Part shown: in pieces, positions 29,471 through 38,577 of the stretch | Position numbering within the stretch: the stretch's first letter is position 1 | How the letters are laid out: every line of letters starts with the position of its first letter | NCBI GenBank assembly: GCA_963719505.1 | Contig: CAVRCF010000005.1 | Coordinates: 768,001-832,000 of the forward strand | Source: Halobacteriovoraceae bacterium | GTDB taxonomy: Bacteria > Bdellovibrionota > Bacteriovoracia > Bacteriovoracales > Bacteriovoracaceae | DNA length: 64,000 nucleotides | Direction: 5' to 3' | Position numbers and translations under genes: made by a program | The notes under the pieces: generated by a model | Database searches by the model: none | Told to the model about the DNA's origin: nothing | Seen by the model: the letters and a program-made list of their open reading frames with translations, nothing else

Positions 29471-29952
29471 CTAACTTAAGTAATCTAAACATTTTTTACA
29501 AGAATTATAACTATTAGTTCGCTTCTCCAAATTAATTAGATTCCTCTGTTTAAGCTCTTCCTTAACAGATAAAATACAGACATCCCCTTCAAACTTTTCT
29601 AATGGTGTTAAACCTTCAAGTGCGTAATGTGGAACAATCTCATTATATTGATGAACAGACCTATATATCTTCTTATGAAGAAGTTTGTAGGTCTTTACTC
29701 TACCCAGATAGTACCTTTGCTTAAAGGTTCTAAAAACGGCTTCAACCATCGAGTTTGAAAACTTTATGTCTTTCTTTGCAATATAGTGCTTAATCCACCG
29801 ACTAAATATTACTCTTTGGACAAATGATGCTAAATTTTCACCGCCTCCATCAGACAGAAGCTTGCCTTGAAAAGAAGGTACTTTGCAACATGAGTTAGTA
29901 AGTGTCTTAATCGCCACATTTGCATTTTTATTATCTGATAATGTCCAGCCAA
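29471..29952 (-). pseudogene. 5'-truncated DDE integrase-core transposase fragment
   Basis: LLSDGGGEN, NSMVEAVFRTFK, YN...PHYAL.GLTP; N-terminal half missing. Confidence 0.7.
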
Positions 29953-30067
29953 TATTCGTTAGATAATTTTGCCCTTATACATTTATGATAATACTTCTTA
30001 GGCTGCTTATTTGGCCGTCTCGATATACCGTATAGCTTCATATATTTATACCAAGAGTCCAATGAAC

Positions 30068-31334
30068 TGATCTTCCCCTCAAAAAACGGACACTCTTTTA
30101 ACAGCACAACTTATATGATAGGAGTGCGTTATGAAAAAGAACAACAAAAAACAAAGACAGAATTATTCCCCTGAATTCAAGGCAAATGCCGTTGAACTAG
30201 CCGAAGAAATTGGGCCAAAAGAGACTGCTCAAAAACTTGGCATCAAGAATGTTCAAACTCTAACAACTTGGATAAAACATTCAAATAAAATGGAGCTCGA
30301 CGATGAATATTGAGACACTGAACAACTAAAAGCAGAAATAAAACAGCTCAAAAAAGAGCTTTTAAAAGAGAAAAAAGTTACAGCGATCCTAAAAGATGCC
30401 ACGGCTTTTTTTTGTCAGGATCAACTGAAGTGAAATTCAGAGGAATTGTTCTTTTAAAAGAAGAGGGCCATGCTTTAAAAAGCTGCTGTGAACTGCTCAA
30501 AGTATCCTGTTCCGGCTTTTAAGATTGGAGAGGAAGATTGCCATCAAAAAGAGTTCAAAGAGATTTGAGACTGTCTGAGAAGCTCAGAAGTATCTTTGGT
30601 AAAAACAAAGGTCGCTACGGATCACCCGAGTTCAAAAAGCTCTTGAAAACGAAGGAGAAAAAGTTAGCAAGAACAAAGTTGCAAAGATAATGAGAGAGGA
30701 TGGTCTGAGAGCTAAAGGCAAGAAGTCTTTCCGTCCAAAGACGACAATAAATAACCCTTTGGATGCTAAGTCTCCTAGAGTTTTCAAGATTGAGGACAGC
30801 AAGATAAAAGCGCAGAATGAAGTCTGGGCTTCTGATTTAACATACATCGCGACGAAGGAAGGATTTTGTTACTTAACTGTTGTTTTGGCTTTATGGAATC
30901 GAGAGATTAAAGGCAAAAATATTTCAGTGTCAATGGAAGCTAAAAATACAAAGGATGCTTTTTTATCAGCAGTAAGAAACAGTTCTGGTAGGCTTAACAA
31001 AACAATTTTTCACTCGGATCAGGGAGTTCAGTACTGTTCAAAAGAAGTGAGAGGAAAGCTTCGATTTCTTGGGCTAACTCAATCGATGTCGAGGAAGGGA
31101 AACTGTTATGACAATGCCTTTGTAGAGAGTTTCTTTCATAGTTTAAAGACGGAGCTTGGGCATAAGGTTTTTGAAAGTTTTGAAGAAGCGAAAAAAGAAA
31201 TATTTGAATATATAGATTGGTACAATAAAGAAAGGTTACATTCTTCACTTGGCTATTTGAGTCCGAAGGATTATGTTAAACAAGACAATCGTCAAGCTGC
31301 TTAAAAGAGTGTCCGTTAAACATGGGTAAGATCA
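30068..31334 (+). mobile_element. Degenerate IS3-family element
   Basis: IRL TGATCTTCCCC..AACGGACACTCTTTTAA; IRR (reverse complement) TGATCTTACCC..AACGGACACTCTTTTAA; orfA and orfB present; no clean TSD. Confidence 0.88.
30131..31304 (+). pseudogene. IS3-family transposase orfA/orfB, inactivated
   Basis: In-frame TGA at 30311-30313 in orfA, TAA at 30520-30522 and a frameshift near 30630 in orfB; core WASDLTY/HSDQG/ESFF retained. Confidence 0.8.
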
Positions 31335-31497
31335 AATCCTAGACGAAATTATATTTTTACTTAAAATTTATCAAACTATTATTGCAGCTCTTATTGGGTC
31401 TATAGTCGCCTATAAATATAATAAGTCCAAATATAAACTCGACAAAGACATTTGTTCGTGACCCCCTTTTGACGGCTACCTCTTAACGGAGGAAAAA

Positions 31498-31863
31498 ATG
31501 GAAAGAAAAAGAAGAAGATTTACCGAAGATCAAAAAATCCAAATTCTACAGGAACATCGTTCAAAAGGTGTTCCAATTTCAGTTTTAGCACGAGTCCATG
31601 ATATAAATGCAGTAACTTTATACCAATGGAAAAGAGCTATGAAAGACAAACCTGATACTAATATCGATGTTGCTGACCTTTTGAAACAAATTGATCAACT
31701 TAAAAAAGACAAAGATAAACTACTCAAGAAAGTTGGTGAATCTACCCTCAGAGAAGAGGTCGCTCAGGATATCATCGATTTTTATAAAAAAAAGATCTTG
31801 GAACAGGAGTTGATCGAGCAAAAGAATTCATCAAACTCAAAAAGAAAGGATCAAAAAAAATGA
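31498..31863 (+). CDS. IS3-family OrfA
   Basis: RRRFTEDQKIQIL...LARVHDI...LYQWK HTH followed by a coiled coil. Confidence 0.88.
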   Translation: MERKRRRFTEDQKIQILQEHRSKGVPISVLARVHDINAVTLYQWKRAMKDKPDTNIDVADLLKQIDQLKKDKDKLLKKVGESTLREEVAQDIIDFYKKKILEQELIEQKNSSNSKRKDQKK

Positions 31864-32663
31864 TCTGTGAAATGTTTGGAGTCCACTCAAAATCAATTTA
31901 TAAAACGACTAGCTCAAAGAAATTTTACTTTAAAGCTGAAGATGGAGAAATACTAAGCCAGATTAGGTCAATTGTTTCCTTACGACCAACTTATGGTTAT
32001 AAACGAGTTACGGCCATGGTCAATCGTCTTCGACTTACTCTGGGGCATCCAAGGCTTAATAAGAAGCGTATCTACAGGATCATGAGAGTGAATGGACTTC
32101 TTCTTCCAAAGTCTGCTGTGACGAGAACTCACACTCCAACTGGCAAAGTAATGACTCTGCATTCAAATACAAGGTGGTGCAGTGATTGTTTTGAGATTAA
32201 GTGCTTTAACGGAGAAAAAGTTTTTGTTTCTTTTGTTTTAGATACATGTGACAGAGAGGTTCTCTCATTTGTAGCTTCAAAATCACCACTGCTTGCGACT
32301 GATATTGAGAGTCTGATGCTGAAAGCAGTTAAATACAGGTTTAAAGATTACAAAACTTTGAGAACGATAGAATTTTTATCGGATAGAGGAAGTATTTATC
32401 GAGCCCATTCTGTTAAGAATTTGGCGAACCATCTTGGTTTAAAAAGCTGTTATACAGCTGCCTATAGCCCAGAATCAAATGGAATGAGTGAAGCTTTTGT
32501 GAAAACGATCAAGCGAGACTATGTCTACAACAGCGACTGTTACAGTGCGGATGTAGTGCTGAAGATGATCAAGGGTTGGATGAAAGATTATAATGAAATA
32601 GCACCTCATTCAGGGCTTGGCATGTTGAGCCCGAAAGAGTATTTATTAGAAAATCAAAGGTAG
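31860..32663 (+). CDS. IS3-family OrfB transposase (likely fused to OrfA by -1 frameshift)
   Basis: YGYKR, RWCSDCFE, FLSDRGS, SPESNGMSEAFVKTIKRDY; A8G slippery site at 31786-31794. Confidence 0.88.
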   Translation: MICEMFGVHSKSIYKTTSSKKFYFKAEDGEILSQIRSIVSLRPTYGYKRVTAMVNRLRLTLGHPRLNKKRIYRIMRVNGLLLPKSAVTRTHTPTGKVMTLHSNTRWCSDCFEIKCFNGEKVFVSFVLDTCDREVLSFVASKSPLLATDIESLMLKAVKYRFKDYKTLRTIEFLSDRGSIYRAHSVKNLANHLGLKSCYTAAYSPESNGMSEAFVKTIKRDYVYNSDCYSADVVLKMIKGWMKDYNEIAPHSGLGMLSPKEYLLENQR

Positions 32664-33044
32664 CCTAAAACGGGGTCCAATCCACATTGCTAAAAGAGAA
32701 CTCTTTACTGAATTGAATATGAGATATGACAATCTTAATGACGAATTAGAAAAATTAGTACACTTAGAATTTGAAACAGACAGAGACGCTCAAATCAATG
32801 GAGAAAAAGACCTTAACATGATCTGGAACGAACTTTTTGAATCTGAGCCCAAATTGCAAAGCAAGACGATCACCTCCGCTTTTGACTATATCAATTTATG
32901 CTCTGAACAGTACTATTGGTACAAGAAAGGATTTATTGATGAGAGCGTATGGCAATGCTGGAAGAAAGGAATGCAAGACTGGGCTAAGTATTCATTCTTC
33001 ATTAAAAATATCATAAAGAGAGAAATTAAAAGAGAAGCCTCATA

Positions 33045-34281
33045 TGCAGTAGTCACGACTTGCGTTTACAAAACGCTCTCAGTCAAAGCTAATTTTTATT
33101 GTACAGAGATCTCATCACCTGTACTTTTGTTATCGTAAACCATCTCTCCATACTTTAGAACTCCTTCGGTAAAAGTTTCATAAGGAGTTCTCCCTTTGCA
33201 CCTCTTTCCTTGATTCGTTCTTTCAAAGTTATAGATCTTCATGAAATCGTCTAAGTCTTTCTGCATTTGATCTAGGCTTTTATAGAGGGTCTTTCTAAAA
33301 GCAACACTATAAAATTCAGCCTGAATCGTTTGATTCAGCTTCTCTACGGCTCCATTTGTTTGGGGATGTCTCACCTTGGTTCTACTGTGTTCAATATCGT
33401 TAAGGTGAAGAAAAAGCTGATAGTGGTGTTGTGTTTTTACTCCACAGTACTCTCGACCGTTGTCTGTTAAAACTCTCAGAACTGAGATCGCATGCTCATC
33501 AAAGAATGGAAGAACTTTACTGTTAAGAAAGTCCGCTGCGACTGTTTGGGTTTTATCAAGATAGAGTTTTGCAAAGCCGACATTTGAATAAGTATCGATT
33601 CCCGTTTGCTGATAAATTTTTCCAACACCTTTGATGTACCCTACGTAGTAGGTGTCTTGAGCAAAAAGGAACCCACTGTGGTGTGTTTCAATTTCTCCAT
33701 GTGCCTCTTTCTCGAGCTTTTGATCTTCTAATGCTTTAACTTGAGATTCTGTCAAAATGTTCTTCTCGTTTTTAGACCACTCTTCAAGTCTTTTAAGGCG
33801 GAGTTTTTTGTTCTCGATTTGATGACGAAGCCATACACTTCTCACGCCACCTGGACTAATCAAGATACCGGCTCTTTTAAGCTCGTTAGAAACTCTTACT
33901 TGTCCATGAGTAGGATTTTCTAGGGCATAGTCTAGGATCGATTTCTCTGTTTCTGGGGCACAGCGATTGGCCATTCTCGGGCCTCGTCTAGTCTTCTGAG
34001 TAAGTCCTTCAAGGCCTTCTTCTTTAATCGCTGTTTTAATGTCGTAGTAATGTTGTCTGCTCACACCCATTTGTTTGCAAGCTTTTGAAATGTTCATCAT
34101 CGTGTCAGCAAAGTCTACTATGCTAAGTTTCCGATTAATGAGATACTGTTGTTGAGTCATGTGTTTCTCCTTTTTGTTAAAACTGTTTTGTAGTAATTAC
34201 AATTTTAACTGAGAACGCATGACTCAAAAATTACCGGCAATCTTTAGTCAAGTGTTGTAAATGCAACTCGTGTTACTTCCA
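33045..34281 (-). mobile_element. IS481-family element
   Basis: Imperfect IRs TGCAGTAGTCACGACTTGCGTTTACAAAAC and TGGAAGTAACACGAGTTGCATTTACAACAC; duplication CCTCATA at 33038-33044 and 34282-34288. Confidence 0.88.
33096..34160 (-). CDS. IS481-family transposase
   Basis: NISKAC..MGVSR HTH; QDTYYVG, TDNGREY, PQTNGAVEK. Confidence 0.9.
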   Translation of the reverse strand: MTQQQYLINRKLSIVDFADTMMNISKACKQMGVSRQHYYDIKTAIKEEGLEGLTQKTRRGPRMANRCAPETEKSILDYALENPTHGQVRVSNELKRAGILISPGGVRSVWLRHQIENKKLRLKRLEEWSKNEKNILTESQVKALEDQKLEKEAHGEIETHHSGFLFAQDTYYVGYIKGVGKIYQQTGIDTYSNVGFAKLYLDKTQTVAADFLNSKVLPFFDEHAISVLRVLTDNGREYCGVKTQHHYQLFLHLNDIEHSRTKVRHPQTNGAVEKLNQTIQAEFYSVAFRKTLYKSLDQMQKDLDDFMKIYNFERTNQGKRCKGRTPYETFTEGVLKYGEMVYDNKSTGDEISVQ

Positions 34282-34324
34282 CCTCATACTACAATGATGA
34301 CTTCTTTGACATTTTCTCTGAAAG

Positions 34325-34669
34325 CTAGAGTTTTATCTTACAAGTATCCAAGAGACCATAAACTAACTTAAGCTTTTCTATATCAATACCGTCCAACAAA
34401 TCATGACATTGATCTCTAAGACTGTATGTAGTGCTACCGGCTCCAACCTCTATATTCCATTCATATAAAGAATAACCTGTCGTATCCAAAAACATTTGAA
34501 TGTAAGTTTCGTTAATATCTTCTCTACCTGTTTCAAATTGATGAACTCTTGTGTGTGAGTAATTCATCTTCTGAGCTAGTTTTCTAATTCCAAAGTCTGC
34601 TTTTATTCTTAAAACCTTGAGTGCTTTTGATTCTTTAGTCTCTTTAATAATTTGGTTACGTTTACTCAT
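34325..34669 (-). CDS. XRE-family HTH regulator
   Basis: LKVLR...IRKLA....SHTRVHQFETGR; ATG 34669 after GGAG. Confidence 0.75.
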   Translation of the reverse strand: MSKRNQIIKETKESKALKVLRIKADFGIRKLAQKMNYSHTRVHQFETGREDINETYIQMFLDTTGYSLYEWNIEVGAGSTTYSLRDQCHDLLDGIDIEKLKLVYGLLDTCKIKL

Positions 34670-34790
34670 AATAATTCTCCATTGTTGGTGAAAATTAATA
34701 TGGTTAACGACGAAAAGAAGAGAGCTTTGTACAGCGGTGTAAAAGACTATCAACACTAGCTCTAGCCAGTTGAGATGCCTAAAATCACCA

Positions 34791-34855
34791 TTTGTGCTTA
34801 GAGATTTGTGACCTTATGCCTCATAAGCACAGGTTAAGCACAAAATAAGCCAAAT
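34791..34855. repeat. TAAGC(A)CA repeats: three direct copies at 11-bp spacing plus one inverted copy
   Basis: TAAGCAC at 34824 and 34835, TAAGCC at 34846, inverted TTTGTGCTTA at 34791-34800. Confidence 0.55.
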
Positions 34856-34943
34856 AGTGAAGGCCCATGAAAGTCTGTGACAGTTTACGTGCCTTGAACT
34901 TGATCAAGTAATTGAAACTTCGTTGTAATGTTATTAAGTAGTC

Positions 34944-34978
34944 AAAAAAAAGCTGCCATTATCGAACAAACAGCAGCT
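34944..34978 (-). terminator. Terminator downstream of tRNA-Cys
   Basis: AGCTGC...GCAGCT stem followed by T8 on the minus strand. Confidence 0.6.
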
Positions 34979-34984
34979 AATTAA

Positions 34985-35062
34985 TGGAGGAGACAGCCGG
35001 ATTTGAACCGGCGGCGGTACAGTTTTGCAAACTGCTCCCTTGGACCACTCGGGCATGTCTCC
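34985..35062 (-). tRNA. tRNA-Cys(GCA)
   Basis: Cloverleaf: GGAGACA/TGTCTCC acceptor, anticodon loop TTGCAAA, GCCGG-TTCAAAT-CCGGC T-arm, U73 discriminator, encoded CCA. Confidence 0.95.
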
Positions 35063-35125
35063 ATAAAATGAGTAATTATAATTGCTTAGAAAGATTTAGT
35101 TGTCAATCGTTTCTTAGGTTTATGC

Positions 35126-35626
35126 CTATTGAACAATGACTTTCTTAACTCCAATCGTTCCAACCAGCATCTTTTTATTTGAGACAAAATGCAACTTACT
35201 CGTTTTCGCTCCCTTGTGCGATAGTCTCCATTTATCTCCATTTCGACTAAGATCCAAAAGAAGCTCTCCACGAGTTCCTGTTATACCATTGTAGAGATAA
35301 TCAAGTTTAACCTCTCCACCTTGATGGCCTGAGAAGTTAGTTGAAAGGAGCCTCACTATTTTTCTTCCTTCTTTTTCCATAAGGTCAAACCCTTCATGCA
35401 CTTCATCAGCATCAAAGTTTTTATTTGTTCTAACTGAACCTGAACGAGCTATAACCTTAAGGTTTAGCCCTGTAATATCGCTTTGAGCGTCTGTTATAAG
35501 AGAGATGACAATATCATCTGAGTCTTCTTCATTTGTGGCCGTAACAAGCTTTGTAAGTGCTGCCATTGAATTTACGCTGAAAGTTGCAATAAAAATCAAG
35601 ACTAAGAGACGGTAGATATTTTTCAT
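35126..35626 (-). CDS. Exported hypothetical protein
   Basis: Sec signal (SMA-A), GGAGG RBS. Confidence 0.7.
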   Translation of the reverse strand: MKNIYRLLVLIFIATFSVNSMAALTKLVTATNEEDSDDIVISLITDAQSDITGLNLKVIARSGSVRTNKNFDADEVHEGFDLMEKEGRKIVRLLSTNFSGHQGGEVKLDYLYNGITGTRGELLLDLSRNGDKWRLSHKGAKTSKLHFVSNKKMLVGTIGVKKVIVQ

Positions 35627-35685
35627 AATTCCTCCAAAAGGTAAGGTTATTCGAACATCTTCCGTGACATCTTTTTATCATATAT

Positions 35686-35701
35686 TGCAATGATTGTGCC
35701 G
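35686..35701 (-). promoter_or_regulatory. Putative sigma54 promoter
   Basis: Minus strand CGGCACAATCATTGCA is close to the TGGCAC-N5-TTGC consensus, 60 nt upstream of the ATG. Confidence 0.65.
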
Positions 35702-35770
35702 CACACAAAGATAATAATTACGAACGCTTGAAGTTTTTCTAGGGGGTAACATTTTGGCTTCAGTGGAGAT

Positions 35771-35794
35771 TTGGCCCCAAAATATTGGGGCCAA
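35771..35794. terminator. Hairpin after ihfB
   Basis: TTGGCCCCAA-AATA-TTGGGGCCAA perfect 10-bp stem; weak U tract. Confidence 0.5.
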
Positions 35795-35799
35795 TCAGA

Positions 35800-36105
35800 T
35801 TATGCTTCTCTAATGACGTATTTTTCTTTACCTGCATCAACCATCTCTTTAAGTTCTTTACCAACTTTAAAAAATGGAACTTTCTTAGGACTAACCTTTA
35901 CGACCTTACCAGTCTTTGGGTTTCTTCCTTCATATGCTTTGTAATTTCTATTAGCGAATGATCCAAATCCTCTAATCTCAATTCTTTCATCATCAAAAAG
36001 AGCCTGAATCATTGTATCGAAGGCTATATTGATAACCTTCTCAGATTGTTTAGGTGAAAGGTTAGCTTGCTTTTCAATGACAGCTATTAAGTCTGCTTTT
36101 GTCAT
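35800..36105 (-). CDS. ihfB: Integration host factor beta subunit / HU family
   Basis: MTKADLI, RIEIRGFGSF, GRNPKTG, PFFKVGKELKE. Confidence 0.85.
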   Translation of the reverse strand: MTKADLIAVIEKQANLSPKQSEKVINIAFDTMIQALFDDERIEIRGFGSFANRNYKAYEGRNPKTGKVVKVSPKKVPFFKVGKELKEMVDAGKEKYVIREA

Positions 36106-36354
36106 AATGTTCTCCCGATTGAGTTAACTATCTATTATTATATACCCTATCGTCCTAAGCCATTTAAAACATTAGCGTACCTTGTATTTTTGGCAGTAAT
36201 TTTTAAATATTTGTTAAAACTTAAAGCTAAGTCTTTGAAATTACGATGTCCTCCGTAATCTCTTCCATTCGAATGATAAAATACTCAAGTAAAGTGTTTG
36301 GAAACTCGATAAGAGGAATATATTGCCGGGACATATTCTCCCCAAAAAGGACAT

Positions 36355-37893
36355 ATGAGAAACGTTAAGACCTTATCATTATTTATGCTTCTAGTTCTTG
36401 CAGCCGCAAGCTGTAACACTGCGCCTACAAATAGACCTACTCTTTTAAAGAAAAGTGAGCTCAATGATAATGATGAAGATGAAGGCGTGACTCAAGAAGA
36501 TATTGATCAAGAAAGAATTGATAAATTAAAAAGACCTGATAATGCCGTCAAAATTAAAAGTGACTTTTGTGCCTGTGAAAGTGGTGAACCCATTTCATTT
36601 GGAAGCAACTGCGAAGCCTTTTGTGCCACTAAAAATGTTGCAGGAAGGAAACTCTATATCAATGTCGATATTACCGCAGCCATCTCAGAAAGAGATGATC
36701 TTGGAACTTTTGAAAGATGGTGTAATGGAACTATAATAGATGTTGAAACTGAAACTCAAGTCGGTGGAGATCCTCTATGTCGATTAGAAATGAAAGATTC
36801 AAATGGAAGTACGGCTTTTACAAATATTGATCCAATCAGTGCCGGATCCAATACTATACGGGTTGATATTTCTGACGAAGCAGCCATTCCAAATGATGAG
36901 ACCTATAGATTTAAAATTGTTGAAACAGGTTCAGGTGTCTCAAGTGATACCAAACAAATAAGACTGACAACAAAAAGAATCGATGATCCTGTTGGCGGTC
37001 CTCTAGCAACTGTTCCAGCTTATAGGTATACATGTATCAATATCAATACCACCTCAGATGGAGTTAGCCTTTTTTATGAAAGCGCATCTCGCCTGTATTT
37101 TTACTTTAATCCAGAAACAAGACCAGATCCGTTAACGGCTGATTTTCCAAATATCTTTTGTCACGACAAAGGAATTAGCAACGCCCCTATTAACGATCCA
37201 CTATTGGAACAAACTCCAAATGCACTCACACTTTGGGATGCTCTTGATCCAAGATTTTTTGATACCGATGGAAATGGAATTATCCAATTAAATGATCTTA
37301 TCCTTCAGTCACTTACCGACCAAGGTGTTCAAGTCAGTGCTGCTCCCGATATTTTCTACAAGTTTCAATGGGCCGTGGGGCTTGATACTTCTACTGCTAA
37401 CGGTAGTGGAACATCGACGACAGTGAATCCTGAGAACGCTGACCTGGGTTACTATATGACTCCTTGGACGGATCAACAGACCTTTAAATCATATTGCCCA
37501 ACCTCACAACACTACAATAGTAACAATCAGCTCTTTGTCGCTTTAAGAGATGTCGTTGGAGTTGATACTGAAGGTCTTTATATTGCTGAACAAGAAAGTG
37601 GAACCTCTCTTCTTCTTGTCAGAGAGTCCGACGTGAAACCAATTTGGTTTTACAAAGAAAATACAATCCCTATTCAACCTAATGAAGACACAATAAAGGG
37701 AAAGAAGATTCAATTCTACTGGCCAGCTGATCCAAGCTCGCCCTATATTAAAAAGTCACATCAGACGACTTTTACAGTAAAAAGAGCTAATGAAATTGGA
37801 GAAGCTGTTAGTCAAGATAGTCAAAATAATGATGGAGTTCCAACTCAGATGCCAACTCATGACAAAAGAATTGGGTGTATCCCTAAACTATGA
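36355..37893 (+). CDS. Cys-rich hypothetical lipoprotein
   Basis: Lipobox AAASC; multiple paired Cys; C-terminal HDKRIGCIP. Confidence 0.7.
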   Translation: MRNVKTLSLFMLLVLAAASCNTAPTNRPTLLKKSELNDNDEDEGVTQEDIDQERIDKLKRPDNAVKIKSDFCACESGEPISFGSNCEAFCATKNVAGRKLYINVDITAAISERDDLGTFERWCNGTIIDVETETQVGGDPLCRLEMKDSNGSTAFTNIDPISAGSNTIRVDISDEAAIPNDETYRFKIVETGSGVSSDTKQIRLTTKRIDDPVGGPLATVPAYRYTCININTTSDGVSLFYESASRLYFYFNPETRPDPLTADFPNIFCHDKGISNAPINDPLLEQTPNALTLWDALDPRFFDTDGNGIIQLNDLILQSLTDQGVQVSAAPDIFYKFQWAVGLDTSTANGSGTSTTVNPENADLGYYMTPWTDQQTFKSYCPTSQHYNSNNQLFVALRDVVGVDTEGLYIAEQESGTSLLLVRESDVKPIWFYKENTIPIQPNEDTIKGKKIQFYWPADPSSPYIKKSHQTTFTVKRANEIGEAVSQDSQNNDGVPTQMPTHDKRIGCIPKL

Positions 37894-38577
37894 GTTTAGG
37901 TACTTCAAAGCAATATCGATTGTCGGCTTAATATTTGCTGTGAACATAAAATAAAAAACACTCAAATTTATTATCCCGACACCTGCAACAATCATAATCT
38001 TTTTTAAAATTCTTTTAAAAAGATTTCCCTTACTATTAAAGAGATTTAAAAAGAAACTTGCCACCAAAACACAAAAGACAATAATTCCATAGGTTTTCAT
38101 TTTCTCTGGCTCGTTAACGATAGAGACAAGCCTTGGCAAAGCTTTTTGATCACGAAGCCAAGCCACGAAAAAATCAAGTGATCTTGGATTATTTTCAAAG
38201 AATTTACCAATCGGAAGATTATTTAGCTGACCCTCGACAAGACTTCTCACCTCTCCTTCTGTCATTTTTGACATTGGATTTTCACGAAGAAAGCTTGCCA
38301 GCATCTCCTTCATCATCGAATCCATAATCCCCGTCAAATAACTCTCTTTAAGCTCTCTGGGTTTATAGACTGACTCATCTGAGGCATATTTATTTTGATT
38401 AACAGGAGAGATAACTTGAAGGTCTTCTACAGTGTCTCGTATTGACTCTTCAAGTTCATCATTTTGTTTTTCTTTTTGGCCATATTCTCTTAGGATTCTC
38501 TCTCTTTCTATCTCCTCATCGCTTTGAGCGAAAAGATTTAGTGATAAAAAAGAGAGAATAATAAGAAGTTTTATCAT
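37888..38577 (-). CDS. Hypothetical exported/membrane protein
   Basis: Signal peptide and two C-terminal TM segments; abuts secF. Confidence 0.65.
   Translation of the reverse strand: MIKLLIILSFLSLNLFAQSDEEIERERILREYGQKEKQNDELEESIRDTVEDLQVISPVNQNKYASDESVYKPRELKESYLTGIMDSMMKEMLASFLRENPMSKMTEGEVRSLVEGQLNNLPIGKFFENNPRSLDFFVAWLRDQKALPRLVSIVNEPEKMKTYGIIVFCVLVASFFLNLFNSKGNLFKRILKKIMIVAGVGIINLSVFYFMFTANIKPTIDIALKYLNS

Larger units (their letters stand above)
31453..32684 (+). mobile_element. IS3-family (IS2-like) element, apparently intact
   Basis: TG...CA ends with GACCCC..TTTT..GGCTACC inverted repeats; 4-bp TSD CATT (31449-31452 and 32685-32688). Confidence 0.9.
30062..34328 (+). pseudogene. 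~171-aa single-TM hypothetical gene interrupted by IS insertions
   Basis: Segments ~31339-31452, 32689-33044 and 34289-34328 join in frame once the ISs and one TSD copy each are removed; probable ATG at 30062. Confidence 0.7.
28820..34983. mobile_element. Decayed genomic island at tRNA-Cys
   Basis: Flanked by the tRNA 3' direct repeat; contains a TA pair, ISs and an XRE regulator; no integrase seen. Confidence 0.6.

Noticed and set aside
32713-33138. 141-aa ORF as a standalone gene
   Set aside because: It is the middle fragment of the IS-interrupted gene and reads through into IS481 end sequence
28820-34983. Prophage or functional ICE
   Set aside because: No integrase, structural, replication or conjugation genes
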